A stretch of 64,000 nt of DNA from Eledone cirrhosa (Eukaryota), in contig OZ024742.1 in the NCBI GenBank assembly GCA_964016885.1, forward strand, positions 354,640,001 to 354,704,000, given 5' to 3'. The notes beneath the pieces are model-generated. The model saw only the letters and a list, made by a program, of their open reading frames with translations, did no database searches and was not told the DNA's origin. Shown here piece by piece: positions 1 to 12,849 of the stretch. The translations under genes were made by a program, and so were the position numbers. Position 1 is the stretch's first letter. Every line of letters starts with the position of its first letter.

Positions 1-628
1 CCGTAATTATATCTCTACCATGGTTTCGTACCTATTTTTAGATTTCCTATTGTTAGGATGTTTCCAGAGTAACAGACACATCAGGAGAAAGCTCAAGATT
101 GAACAGTTAATTTTCCGAAGCGATCCCCCCAAAATAGATTTAAAAATGGCTAAGAATCGTGACGTGGCAGTGGTCAAGTTAGAAAGAATGTGATTAGTTG
201 CTTACGGCGCGTGGGCTTGTTGCTAGAAAGCGCAGCCCAATATCGCCCAATTGTATCTCAACCTAACGGGAGATTATTAAATATAAAGATTTACATATAC
301 ATAAAGTCATAGATATATATGTGGCAACCGGTTACGTTGTGGCTCAATGAAGAATTAATGAATTAAATAATCAGAGCAATATATCATAAATCATGTCCTT
401 AGAATTATTAGATAAAATATATAACATTTCCTCTCCCAATTAGCATAAATAATTTTTTATATGGTTAATTATGCTAATTGGGAGGGGAAATGGTATATAT
501 TTTATTAAATAATTCTAAGGACATGATTTATGATATATTGCTCTGATTATTTAATTTATTAATTCTTCATTGAGCCACAACGTGACCGGTTGCCACATAT
601 ATATCTATGACTTTGTGTATATGTAAAT

Positions 629-636
<8 letters not shown>
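1..636 (-). mobile_element. Non-coding HHR-bearing repeat family A with fold-back end (arms 281-448 / 469-636) abutting (TA)n
   Basis: Arms are reverse complements. Segment 140-450 is similar to 31770-32480 and, inverted, to 41150-41535. Confidence 0.65.
12..88 (-). ncRNA. Hammerhead-like motif with variant core CUGAUGU
   Basis: Minus strand: tctc CTGATGT gt...ac GAAA ccatgg TA gaga. Stem I tctc/gaga, palindromic stem III. The same CTGATGT recurs near 41174. Confidence 0.45.
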
Positions 637-690
<54 letters not shown>

Positions 691-696
<6 letters not shown>

Positions 697-980
697 AAAG
701 TGAACAACACAAAATATAACTACTCCATTACCAAAGGTTTCTGAGATCACGGACGATAAAAATATACATCTGGGTCGTTCGTCAAACAGAGATGTTATAT
801 CTCTGCTGTAACATCTCTGTCTGACGAACGATCCAGACGTATATTATTATCGCCTGTGATCCAGAAACCTTTGGTAATGGAGTATTTATATTTTGTGTTG
901 TTCACTTTCTAATTAAATAGATCTGTTCTATACATAGATCGCTCCTTTTTCCTTGGCCTTTCCTTTGGAATTTCCTAACA
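691..980 (+). mobile_element. Short fold-back element between (TA)n tracts (arms 691-798 / 807-914)
   Basis: About 108-bp inverted repeat that contains an HHR motif. Confidence 0.7.
815..882 (+). ncRNA. Type I hammerhead ribozyme
   Basis: ctctgt CTGACGA ... GAAA cc-ttt-gg TA atggag. Stem I has two G-U pairs; GUA cleavage triplet. Confidence 0.6.
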
Positions 981-989
981 TATATATAT

Positions 990-1128
990 AGTTACGGCCC
1001 TTTATGGCCTGACTTCAAATCCCGCCGAGGTTAACTTTACCTTTCATCCTTACGGGGTCGATAAAATAAAGTACCAGTAATACACCGAATTAATTGCTGG
1101 CCTTGTGCCAAAAGTAGAATAAGTTATT
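990..1128 (+). mobile_element. 5'-truncated tRNA-derived SINE with Meta-like central domain
   Basis: B-box-like ttcaaatccc followed by cctttcatccttacggggtcgataaaataaagtacc; similar to copies at 8395 and 15591. Confidence 0.7.
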
Positions 1129-1664
1129 TTCGCTATTACATATATTTTTGATTTCATAGATATATATTTAATTCTTCCTTAGAAATAAATACTTCACTTT
1201 ATCGGATGATTTTATGGTTTTAGAGACACAATTCCCCACCCTCCCTCTGCCTGGGTTCATATATTTCCCTCTTTCTTTATTGAAGTCGTACTTTTTCCCT
1301 CGTATTTCTGTTACGTTTATATTTCTAATTCTTCCCTCAGTTTGTAGTGTTGTATCTTTATATACTTTCTGCACTCTTGTGTCTCTATATATAACCTTTG
1401 TTTTCATTTCACTTCATCACCCGAATCCTGTATACATAGTCTGTATATTTAGTTTTCCTTTACTTACTCAATGCGTCATTTTGTATTTCTCCGTATCAAA
1501 AGAACCAGTTGCGTATCATACTCCTTTTAGATAGACGTCTCCTTGTGTATGTGTTTATGCATTTCGTTCTTCCTTCTCTCTATCTCTTTCTCTCTCTCTC
1601 TCTCTCGCGCACGAGCTCTCTCTCTATCTCTCTCTTTGCTTATATATAAATAAAAATAGGGATA

Positions 1665-1957
1665 AGTTGTAGTGTGCCGGAGAGAAGATTGCGATGGTAT
1701 GGACATATGATGCGCATGGAGGATGACCGCTGGGTAAAGAAGTGCCAAAAAATGCCAGTAGAAGGAAGACGCACTAGAGGAAGATCACGAAAAACATGGG
1801 CGGAGGTGCTGAAAGCAGACCGCAGATCGCTGAAGCTCACGGAGGAGATGACGAAGGACAGTGACAAGTGGAGAGATGCTGTGCTGAATAGGACCCGTCC
1901 GATCCTTGCAACCATGGAAAAGCGGACGTAAATTGATGATGATCATGATGATGATGA

Positions 1958-1960
<3 letters not shown>
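1665..1960 (+). mobile_element. RTE-clade LINE 3' end
   Basis: RRLRWYGHMMRM...GRRTRGRSRKTW...D..KWR C-terminal motif followed by an (ATG)n tail. Confidence 0.85.
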
Positions 1961-1999
<39 letters not shown>

Positions 2000-2088
2000 C
2001 ATATATTGTACCGATTTTGTTGTTATTTCTGTTTACCTCTTACTCGCACACACACATAAACACACACACATATATATATGTATATATA

Positions 2089-2155
2089 TTGGTGTAATGG
2101 TAGCACAGTGGTTTGGATAACCAAAGATGTGGGTTCGACTCCCATGTACGGCAAC
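2089..2155 (+). mobile_element. tRNA-like Pol III head (SINE remnant or tRNA pseudogene)
   Basis: A box TGGTGTAATGG and B box GGTTCGACTCC (2132-2142) at tRNA spacing; the 5' acceptor strand is missing. Confidence 0.55.
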
Positions 2156-2308
2156 ACTCATCTTTTTCAATTTCTCTTATAAACCCCACTATTAGGCTAG
2201 AAATGTTAGTCTAAAATACGGTGAAAGCTTATAATTTCTAATTTCTAATTTCAAACTCGCGCACCGTTTCAAAAACATACTTACATGTTTACGTTTATAA
2301 TTTGCTTG

Positions 2309-2341
<33 letters not shown>

Positions 2342-3869
2342 AGATCAAAAGATGGTTAAAGGAGTTCCAAGTATTTTATTATGCGCATTTCAAAAACAAA
2401 TATCATCATGAGATGATATCTGCGTTTTCATTGTACTACAATAAAACTCACCTCCTACATATATATATATATATATATCGGTTTTTCAGCAACACCGCCT
2501 CATTAAATAACCTATCTACTCACTTAACATATATAACTTCTACGCCACAGAAATATATTACGCAGTTGTCGTTCTGTATGTGGTTGTTTCTTTTTGTTAA
2601 ACCTGAAATATTACCTGTTAAACTTCTCTCAGATATCAACCTTCAATCTACAAAATTGAGGCCTTTATTGTATAATGTCACCCATCAGTATCAACAACTT
2701 AGTTTATTTTCCTTCAAGTGATATTTCAATTTCATAAGTCATCGATATTTTTCATACATGTTTGAGTTCTCTCTCCTTCAAATATTTCACAAAATCAGAT
2801 GTCTGTTCAAGAAACATTAGTTTTTAAGAATTGTTGGTTGCTATCAAGAAGCGTGTTGTCAGGCGCTTACAGAACTTTACTAACTCGATCAACCTGATGG
2901 CAGGTCGGAGTACAACAGTTGCTTTCTATAGTGTATTGCAATGTACGATTGACGATGACTTCGGGCGGATCAGGACCAGCAAACACATCTGTGGGAATTT
3001 CAAGTAGAACAATATGGACAATTGTTAATCAAACTTGGTGAAACAGTGTACGGTGGTCGTGGTGGGGTACAACAATTTGTAGATATACCAGCAACTGAAC
3101 CTATTTAAAAAAGTATGTAGGTAGACGAAACCATTAAATGTGCTATCGCCCAGTGTCCGAGTACTACAGACGTGGGTTCCTGTCAAAGAACTGCTATCAA
3201 TCTATATAAATTGAACATCGAGCTACTTTAAGACGGGAAGTGGGAACAATCCACGTCAGACTAATATCTATGGAAAACGAAACTGTATATTGGCCTCGTC
3301 TAAAATATTTCAAGATCGAAATTTTCCACCCCTGTGAGCCTCACATCGCACGAAGAAGGTTAGAGTAAAAAGGGAGGTGAGAGTGTCAAGAATGGATGTT
3401 GTCTGAACCTTTCATAAGCAGGAGGAAAGAAACAGTGTCTCAGAGGCTTACGAATTGTTACATTTGTATTCATTGAGTAGTACTGTGGTCTCTGTTGAGT
3501 AACATAAAACATTCTCAGATTGTCGGTAAAGATACGAACGAAACACTATGGCTTCATTCCATTTACCATGGATTTACCAGGGATATAACAGAGGTGAAGT
3601 TAGTTGGACGTGGTGCATACTCGTTCGGACGTAACTTTCTCTATACTTCTTTACAAATCACTTCAAAGGTCAACTCTGTATCTAGGTGTCAAAATAATGT
3701 TGGTCACTACAAATCACGTGGTTGCAAGTCATATATGATACAATCAACTTCTCCCTCGTCATCTGTATATAATGTACATTATTCTTAAATCTGAAGCCGA
3801 GAATCATTCGGTTTCCTAAATATAATTTTAGTCTACTTTTCGGATTAGGACAATGTGATTGGTGAGTTA

Positions 3870-5385
3870 ATATCTGTATACAACTAAAACGGTACGCGAT
3901 GGAGCCCACCCACAGCCCCCGCGGACAGAATGGAGAAGGCGTTTCCCCGGAGGACGGCAAATGAAAAGCGCTGGAAAAGCCACTCCAACTCGCGGGGCCA
4001 CACCTGCGGCTGGCCAGCTCAGCGCCTATGGTGGTGAGTAAGGAGGTAGCCCTGGGGCCGAGGACACTAGAAGTCTCCACTGTCAGGAGTACGGCGGCAA
4101 ACCTGTCGGAGAGCGACCGGTATTTTAGGATGTTGGCACCCTCAGCCCGACGTGCGGCAGAACCTACCCAGTTGCACCGGACTAAACTCCTCACCCAGTT
4201 CGTGTGTTACGGACTTGCAGATCACCTTGGCAGCCAGCCTCCCGAAGACATTGCCCACATTAATGGGGTGTATGCCACCCTCTTTAATTCCGAGCGCGGT
4301 GAGGCTGGCCGAAAAAAAGAGGCTTCGGGCGTCAGGGTCCAGGGCACCATGGATGAGCCTATTGGTGAGCTCCACAATTGCACTCAGAAGGCAGCGCCCG
4401 GCCTCAACGGAGAGGGGGGTGTCAACCCCATGAAGTGGCCTGCTCGAAAACCATCAACACCTCCGCAGCTGCTAGTTGGGAAGGACCTGATGGCGGACAT
4501 GATGTTTGTATCAGAAGCCACAAGGAGCAAGTGGGGTCGGGTGGGGATATGGGTCTGATATATATGGGTGGCTCAGTGTGTTTGAGTCGCAGAGCAGCAG
4601 GACCTCCTCGGTGGTTTGTAGGACAGTGTCCTCTGAGGCAACAACTATGACTGCGACCGAGACATCACCCATGATAGGCTTGGCGTTTACCTGGTCACGC
4701 AAACTCTTGGCGCTGGCCTCGGGAATGCAGAATAGGGGGTACCTGAGGGTGGGGTGTGTGGCGTATGTGAGCACGCTTGGAATATTGCGCTCGCCCAAAG
4801 GAGGAGACATTGGCCTTGACGAAGGCTGCTGTTGACCGGCCGCCCCGGTCAGCGCCAGAGCGGGGAGGCCGAGGGGGAGTGGGGCGAAATGTAACAGCTG
4901 CTCCCAGTCACTGGCTCGATTGGAGTGCAGGGTGCTCTCAGTCGAGGAGCGAGGGCATCGGCTACCAGCCCCGTGCCACTCTCGGGATCCTGAGTGGGAT
5001 CTTCCGGAGCCCCCTGAGCCGAGCGATGTTGACCAGCGAGGCTCGGGCGTCAGGAAAGCTCGCTGCCCCATCTGGTGGTGTGCCAGCAGACCGTAGCTGG
5101 GAAGTCGTGGGGAAGAGGCAGCTCCAGCACCTCCACGCTACGAGGGCATTGGAAGCTCGACGAGTCAAGCAAACGCATGTGAGTTGGTGGGAGCAGCCGC
5201 ACCACAAACAGCTCCGGTCCCTCTTTCGTTTGTTAGTGGTGCTGCAAGTGCTGCAGGTGTCGGCTTGGAGGGATGTGGATGGGGCGTGGGGCCGGGGACT
5301 GGGGCACCGAGCGGCATCAGGGATGGGTGGCTGGCGTGTGTGGGTGGAAGGGAAAGTGCTGGTAAAATGGCCTCATATCTCACCT
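3870..5385 (-). mobile_element. Internally deleted CRE-clade (RLE) non-LTR retrotransposon
   Basis: GC-rich. RT start SASLTALGIKEGGIHPINVGNVFGRLAAK...PVQLG. RLE C-terminus AARRAE..ILKY..L..VETSSVLGP..LEWLFQRFSFAVLRGNA, frameshifted. Confidence 0.8.
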
Positions 5386-7700
5386 ATATATATATAGAAG
5401 TGTCAGAAAATAAGAGAGAAAAGAAGGGAGTGTATGGAGGGGGAGACACGGGAGGTAGAATGTTAATAAATGAATGAGTGAATGGATGAATGTACAAAAA
5501 AGGGTGGGGGTAAACAGGGGGTTGTTCCCAGCGGAAAGACCCAGAGTTCAGCATGCACACATGCGAGAAATATAGCAGTTTGTCATAAGACCTTGTGGCT
5601 GGAGGTGAGTCACTGATGCTGGGGTTGGCTTCCTCTTGTTAATGGTAGAGTTGTTGTTGTTAATGTCACTGTTGTCGTCATTGCCTTCCTCTTGTATCGC
5701 GTTTTGTTGAAAACATTTTGGTATAGAAACATCTTTAATTCCATGATAACATTGGAAATATGATAATGGCTGTATTCCTTAAGTTTACACAATCTCCCTG
5801 ATAACCCAGCTGCAGGTCTATATCCAGTATAGCCAGCTTAGAAAACCCTAATACCAAATGTTGTGGACATGAGTCATCTCATCGGAGGGTTTATTCAAAT
5901 TTTACTGGCTGAGAAATATTCCCTAATAAATTCCAGATTAAAAATATTTCCATCACTATAGTAAGTTATAGGCACCTTAATAGTATGCTGGTTTGCTTTA
6001 CAAAAAGCAAATGCTTCCTCGTTATATGTCGAAGACTTGATTTTACACTGGAATGCATAACGTTTACCTAAAATTATTGCATTCCTTTTCATTATTTTCT
6101 GGTGATAATGTAACCTGCCTGACTGTGATATGTATTAATCCTCTTTTTCAGCTTTGTGGATCACTAGGAAGTAATTTAGAGGAAAGATCCTTGTGTTGTT
6201 GTTTGTTACTGTTGTTCTTCTTGTTAATGATACTTCTTGATCTGTAAATAATTATAACTAATTGCATCAAAGGGATGCGTTCTTCACTGAATGCTATGGT
6301 AATGATTATTGTGTATTGCGCTTTTTTCAAAGAAAGTGTTCATGCATCAAATTGTATTGGTAATTATCCAGCTTTTATTGTTGATTTTATTGTTGTTTTT
6401 ACTGTTAACCATAAATTTACTTTAATAATATAGATTCTGGTTTTCGTTAATTGTTGACGTTATTGATGTTACTGCTTACGTTGCTGTTGATAGTAATCTT
6501 CTTATCGTGTCGATTTGTATTTCTGTTAAATGTCTTAGAAAGCCATGGATAACTTGGAAATCCCATCATTGTAGTAAACTCTCTTCACTGGTTTAACGAG
6601 AAATGGACCTCAGTATCCTGGCAAACTAAACATTTCAATATTTTCCACTATAGGAAATGTTTCACAAACATTGCAGATCATGTTGTTAGATATATTACAA
6701 ACACCGTAAAACAGTCGATTAATTTAATGTAGTATTTGACTGATAAATAAATTAATCGACATAGCTGAGAATCTGTACTCTAGTGTCACAAATAATGAGG
6801 GTGGCGGTGGAATAAGTTGAGGGATTAAGTAATGTTTCTAGGTTGTCTCCATTGATTTTGAAAATGAGAATTAGTCGTTTAGTTTACATATTGAGACCTC
6901 CGACCCATCCTATTAATTTATAATGTAGTGGTGTTCTTTTGTGTCATGTATAATGTTTTTTTAATATTTAAAAAAGTGTTGTAGAAATGCTACCATTTCA
7001 AATAAAATTTTGCCTGAGAGAGATTAGCAAAATATAATAAACGATGGTTCTTTGTTTGCGGTGGGAGGAAAAAAGGCCGGAGTGGGTGATGCTGGGATCA
7101 ATCTGAAGAAAGAATAGCTGGTGGGGGCATTATTTGAGACCCGAGAGTAGTTAACTTTTCTGAGGTTTGAACATAATTCGTTAAAATACTTATATATTTA
7201 AGGAAAGGATAATGTTACAGCTCTCATTGAATGATAAAATAGGGAGGAATGTGTGTTGCTTTAAATAAAAGTGGCAGTGTACTATATAGGAAAATGTCAA
7301 TCCTATTCACAAAGGGAAACTAGTAATTAATAAAATGTCGTGAAAAATGATTACGAGGAGCTTCAAGTTATTATGTTAAGATCTAAATACATTAGAAGCA
7401 GGGAGAACATATCATATATCAATTTCAATCTTTGACATGATCTAATGAATAAATAAATAAATGTTAGGATTTCCAACACAAAAAGTAATTGTGTTCCTTG
7501 GAAAGACGCAGTAATTATCAGAGGATTGTACAATCATAAAGAAAACCAAGAATTACATCAATTTTGCTCAATTATCTGATAGATAATGGACATTCATTTC
7601 AATACAAAAATGTTTGAATACTACTCTTTATTGAGGTGACAAATAGATGTATGTATGTGTGTCTCTGTGTGCGTGACTTGTGTGTGTGCAAATATGTATC

Positions 7701-7787
<87 letters not shown>

Positions 7788-8394
7788 ATATACATATATA
7801 TATATATAAATACATGGACGATTTGTCATGTCTTCATTACGTTTATTGATTGGTGAAGCTCGTTTAGATATTAATCAGATCAAGGTTCGATTTGTATCGA
7901 TCTGACTCGACTCTGGAATCAAAACTTCCTTTGACTTTTGCTGTTGTAATGACAGAATGAACACATAAAGCATAGAAATGTTGGTCATTTCATGCTGTTT
8001 TGATTGATGGTTTAGGTAGGAGGGATGTTTTGGCATGAGTGATAGGTGGGGGGTGAGCATAGTGACGATGTGGTGGTGGGGAGCGATGGTAGATGTGAGC
8101 TGCGGGGATGTGGTGTCGTGGCTTATCATAGATATTTCGGCGTGTACGTGGTAAGGCGGAGGTGATGTGTTATGTGTGGATATGGTAGTTCTGTGTGTGA
8201 TGGGAAATGGAACGTCGCGATGCTGTACTAGGGGGGGGGTTATGCTGGTCATCTGTTTGTCATGAAACAGTGAGGGGAAGGGAAGGAGGGAGTCATAAGG
8301 GAGGTAAGTTATACTAGGTTACGTTGGGGCTTATTTGTAAGCTGTTTAGTCATCTTTAAAGAGGATTTGTGCTAAAAAGAATTAATGTAATAAT

Positions 8395-8578
8395 TGTTTC
8401 TACTTTTGACACAAGGCCAGCAATTATCCTAGTGCATTACTGGTACTTTATTGTATCGACCCCGTAAGGATGAAAGGAAAAGTTAATCTCGGCGGGATTT
8501 GAACTGAGACTGTAAAGTGACGTAACTCTATGCAGCAAAGCATGGTATCCGACCCTCTACCGATACTCCCAATCCACC
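8395..8578 (-). mobile_element. tRNA-derived SINE (Meta-like domain)
   Basis: Reverse-complement copy of the 990-1128 family, including the tRNA head (GTTCAAATCCC). Confidence 0.75.
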
Positions 8579-8939
8579 AATGAATTATGGTATGAGGTTA
8601 GTGTTTGAGAAAGCTATTAAAACATCTTCTTGAAAAGGTTGCTAAAAAACTGTGGTTAAAGGTAAGATACCTGTGCTGTGCATATTGTGTGAAAAGAATA
8701 TAAAAAGAAATATAAATATACATGTGTAAACACGCACTCGGAGACATACGTGTATGCACAAACATCCATAGATGCATCAATGTAAATATATATACACGCG
8801 TGTTTCACCCCACACAGAAGATATACGGAGCAACACTGACATACATTACTAAATACATTTGGTCGTGGAAGGACAACTTTATGTTAATGCATCATATTTT
8901 TTCTTCTTCTGCTTCTTTGATATATATATATATATATTC

Positions 8940-9090
8940 CCTAATTAATATTCCCTACAACTAAGCCAAGAGAATCTGTACTATAGTCTCCAATAAAAAT
9001 ACCGGTTACTTACGGCTACAAGAACTAAAGGACACACTCATAGGCAGGAACTACCCTGCATCACTAATTGACAATGGAATCCAAAACTTA
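8940..9090 (+). pseudogene. PLE RT thumb fragment
   Basis: NIPYN*AKRICTIVSNK...RLQELKDTLIGRNYPASLID. Confidence 0.7.
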
Positions 9091-9774
9091 AAACTAAAAC
9101 TGAATACTAACCAATACTTATTATTAATATTTACTTATTCCTAATTAAACTATTTTTCACTTGGAACAATTTATCAGCAATTTCTTTTCCTTTTACCAAT
9201 ATATATATATATATATATACATATATATAGATAAATATACACGGGTGTGTATGATTGTGTATAGAAGATTATATTAATAAAAGGAATTCCAACTTTGTCT
9301 GATTTACTTGTTTTATTTACAATCCTTTAAAATGTATAATGGTATTAGAATGAAATTGTATGGTAAAATATTAAATGTTAAGTGTTAATTGAACAAGTAC
9401 TTTGATGCTTTCGCAATCTTCAGGTTCATATTGTGTGGTGACAGTCAAGTTTGCAATGTTCAACTGTAATGAGATGGGTAAATGTTGTGCCTTATATACA
9501 GTGAAAAGTCGCTCCAGAATGCTAAATCTTGCAAACTGTATTTCGACCAATCGGTGTGTAGTTTCACTGGATTACTAAATCTGATTGGTTTAGGCGTCAC
9601 GGTTGGTTGAGCATGTCTAACGACTACTGATTGACCCTATCCAAAGCATCAATTGTTTTGCTATTTTTAGAAATGATGAAAATAACATTTTCATCACCAT
9701 CAACATCTCTTTTATTATTATTATTGTTGCTGTTGTTGTTAGTGCCCGTAGTCATAGTCACACTGCCAAAGCAA

Positions 9775-10304
9775 ACCTACCGATCATTGCTCAAAGTAAT
9801 GCATTAAAAAGCTTAATCACAGATCGATCTTTGACTTCTAGTAAAAGACAGCCGAAAAATTTGAAGCAGTTACTAACAAAAGCAAAGTTTGACCTTAACA
9901 ACAAAGACCAATCATTCACTGTATCTAAATGCAATGATAGTCGATGTGGCACATCTAAATCCATACACGCCGGTCAATATATGAAAATAAAAACTGGAAT
10001 AACATTCCCAAATGCAAATATGAACGGCAAATGCAGAAATCTAATTTACTGCATTAAATGCACGAATTGTGAAGAACTATATGTCGGTCAAACTGGAAAT
10101 GCACTATCGGAACGTGCACGGGTACACCGTCAGCAAATCAGAGACCCGAATATCCGTCAGATTCCCCTAAGTAAGCATCTAGCAACATGTGGTCAGGGAA
10201 TATTTATAATATTCCCATTCTACAAATTGCACAGCCCAAGTGAAATCAAGAGAAAAATCAAAGAAAATAATGTTATTAATAAATTCAAACCCAACCTAAA
10301 TTAA
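9775..10304 (+). pseudogene. PLE linker, Zn-knuckle and GIY-YIG endonuclease
   Basis: KRQPKNLKQLL, CNDSRC, NLIYCIKCTNC..LYVGQT..LSER..HR, E...I...KPNLN. Confidence 0.88.
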
Positions 10305-10657
10305 CAATAATAATGGGGGATTAATCCTACTGTGACTATGACTACGACGACTAAAATCAACAACAACAATAATAATAATAAATGTGATGTTGATGGTGAT
10401 GATTACTAGAAAATGCTATTTTCATCATTTCTAAAATTAGCAAAACAATTGATGCTTTGGATAGGGTCAACCAGTAGTAGTTAGACATGCTCAACCAACC
10501 GTGAAGCCTAAACCAATCAACTTTAGTTATCCATTGAAACTACACACCGATTTGTCGAAATAGAGTTTGCAAGATTTCGCATTCTGGAGCCACTTTTCAC
10601 TGTATTTACCCATCTCATTACAGTTGAAAATTGCAAACTTGACTGTCAGCACACAAT

Positions 10658-10698
10658 ATGTACCTGATGATTGCGAAATCATGAAAGTACTTGTTCAA
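10658..10698 (+). ncRNA. Minimal type I hammerhead in pLTR (mirror copy at ~9390-9430, minus)
   Basis: tg(a/t)ac CTGATGA ttgc-gaaa-(g/t)cat GAAA gtac TT gttca; stem III is the AGTACT palindrome. Confidence 0.65.
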
Positions 10699-10809
10699 TT
10701 AACACTTAACATTTAATATTCTACCATACTATTTCATTCTAATACCATTATACATTTTAAAGGGTTGTAAATAAAACGAGTAAATCAGATAAAGTTTGAA
10801 TTCTTTTTA

Positions 10810-10852
<43 letters not shown>

Positions 10853-10986
10853 AAAATGGTGTAGACATATAATACAACAGGAGGAAACATAATAGTACCA
10901 CTGAAGATGTTGCAGGTGTGCAACGTAAGAAGTTTGATAGACTATATATATATATATTTATATCTGTATTTTTGACCGTTGTTCAA

Positions 10987-11880
10987 TCTATATATATAAA
11001 GCTGTGGTTGTCTGTCTGTCTATCGATTTTTGGCACACATCTCCTCTTAGAATCTCTGACGGAATTGCACTGAAATTGCTATACTTGTACATTGAGCCCT
11101 AGCGAAGACATCGGAAAACAAATATTTCAAATTGACCCACCCTATGTGACGAAATCGAATCTAATGTATCGATTTTTGAGCGTAAGTGACGAGTTATTTC
11201 CCTTTGTTCTATATATATAAAGCTGTGGTTGTCTGTCTGTCTATCGATTTTTGGCACACATCTCCTCTTAGAATCTCTGACGGAATTGCACCGAAATTGC
11301 TATACTTGTACATTGAGCCCTAGCGAAGACATCGGAAAAGAAATATTTCAAATTGACCCACCCTATGTGACGAAATCGAATCTAATGTATGGATTTTTGA
11401 GCGTAAGTGACGAGTTATTTCCCTTTGTTCTGTTTACATTGAGCGTCTTACGTTCTGTACGTTCTGTTTACATTTTCTGCGTGCACAAATTAAAAAAATT
11501 ACGCTGGCTTTCTCAGCGTTTAAAATGACATTAACACAATACACGAACAGTTGTCGAGCCAGCAAAATTTTGACCTGCAAAATTCATCAGTTCGAACACT
11601 AAGCTTCCGTTTTGCTTCATTTCCATTTAAAAGCCTTTTAAAACAATATTTTTACTTGAAAACAAGTCTATTTAAAGACTACGTAAAACAAGCAAATATT
11701 TCGTAAAAAAAAGCAAAAATTATATAAGTTTATTTAAAATATATGTATCTGTAAATTTCGTTAGGCGTGCAGACAGACAGACAGTCGTGCAGACAGACTT
11801 TAAGCTAAAAAAGAAAGTTAATATTGTAACTTTAACACAGTTACTGAGCGACCCTGAGCAACGCCGTGCTTTACTGCTAG
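10987..11880 (+). mobile_element. Non-autonomous Helitron-like element with duplicated 5' 221 bp
   Basis: Starts A|TCTATATATATAAA and ends GCAACGCCG...CTAG|T with no TSD. 10987-11207 is repeated at 11208-11428. Confidence 0.7.
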
Positions 11881-12133
11881 TCGATGATAAAATTGATTGC
11901 CAAGTAAATTAACTATGGAGATATACAAGATACAGAAGCGAAAACATACCAAACAGTGAGTATTTTCTGATATTATTTCTGGCAATATTATTACAACAAT
12001 ATGAACCTCCTAAAGTATAACAATATATATATATATATATATATCATTATATATATCATGTTATATATATCATTATATATATCATGTTTAACTAGAGTTA
12101 TTAAAAACGTTGCCTAAAAAAAATATTAAACTA

Positions 12134-12399
12134 GGCCTGAAAAATGCGCAAGGTCAAAAGAGCCAGAGAATGTTATAATAAAGCTTCAAAAGTGTGTGAC
12201 TAGAGTTGTTGCTAAAAAATATTGTAATCATTATCTATCGTGCACTCTGTGGCATCCTTTCTCTTTTTTCATAAAACGATGCCACAGAGTGTACCATAGA
12301 TAATGATTACAATATGTTTGAGCAACAACTCTAGTCCCACACTTTTGAAGGTTTATTATAACATTCTCTGGCTCTTTTGACCTTGCGCATTCTTCAGGT
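12134..12399. repeat. Inverted repeat, ~122-bp arms with ~21-nt spacer (MITE or fold-back)
   Basis: 12134-12256 is the reverse complement of 12278-12399. Confidence 0.75.
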
Positions 12400-12628
12400 C
12401 AAGTGTATATATGCATATATAATTCATGTCAGTTTATTTCCTTTAATCCAGTGTTTATGCAATGTAAAGGTGTCAAAAATACGAGAATATCCAATGGACA
12501 GCTGATGCTAGAAATGTCCTTATCATGTTTCTCTACCTTTCATTACTTTTCAGTTTTTTTTTTATATTCGTCGCTGCCTTTATCCTATTTATTTAATATA
12601 TATTTCTTACACATGCATATATGTGACA

Positions 12629-12778
12629 TTGTTGTTGTTGTTGTTGTTGTTGTTCTTCTTCTTCTTCTTCTTCTTCTTCTTCTTCTTCTTCTTCTTTCTT
12701 CTTCTTCTTCTTCTTTCTTCTTTTTCTTCTTCTTTCTTCATCTTCTTCTTCTTCTTCTTCTTCTTCTTCTTCTTCTTC
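12629..12778. repeat. (GTT)n(CTT)n microsatellite
   Basis: Directly visible. Confidence 0.95.
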
Positions 12779-12849
12779 AATTTTGAAATGTATCAAAATT
12801 TATGTTCCATAATATTTCCTGCCATTTCTGAACCCTGAACTTATCTACC

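Larger units (their letters stand above)
9270..10817 (+). mobile_element. 5'-truncated Neptune-like PLE with inverted 3' UTR (arms 9270-9762 / 10331-10817)
   Basis: About 490-bp inverted repeat around a GIY-YIG ORF; right end runs into (TA)n. Confidence 0.85.

Noticed and set aside
2089-2155. Functional tRNA gene
   Set aside because: The acceptor stem 5' strand is replaced by (TA)n; no complete cloverleaf.
2800-3790. Possible ancient LINE or host exons; also PLE-like bits at 5600-7200
   Set aside because: Only faint motif resemblance; not assignable without a search.
4028-5477. Plus-strand ORFs in the GC-rich block as a host gene
   Set aside because: Antisense shadows of the CRE element.
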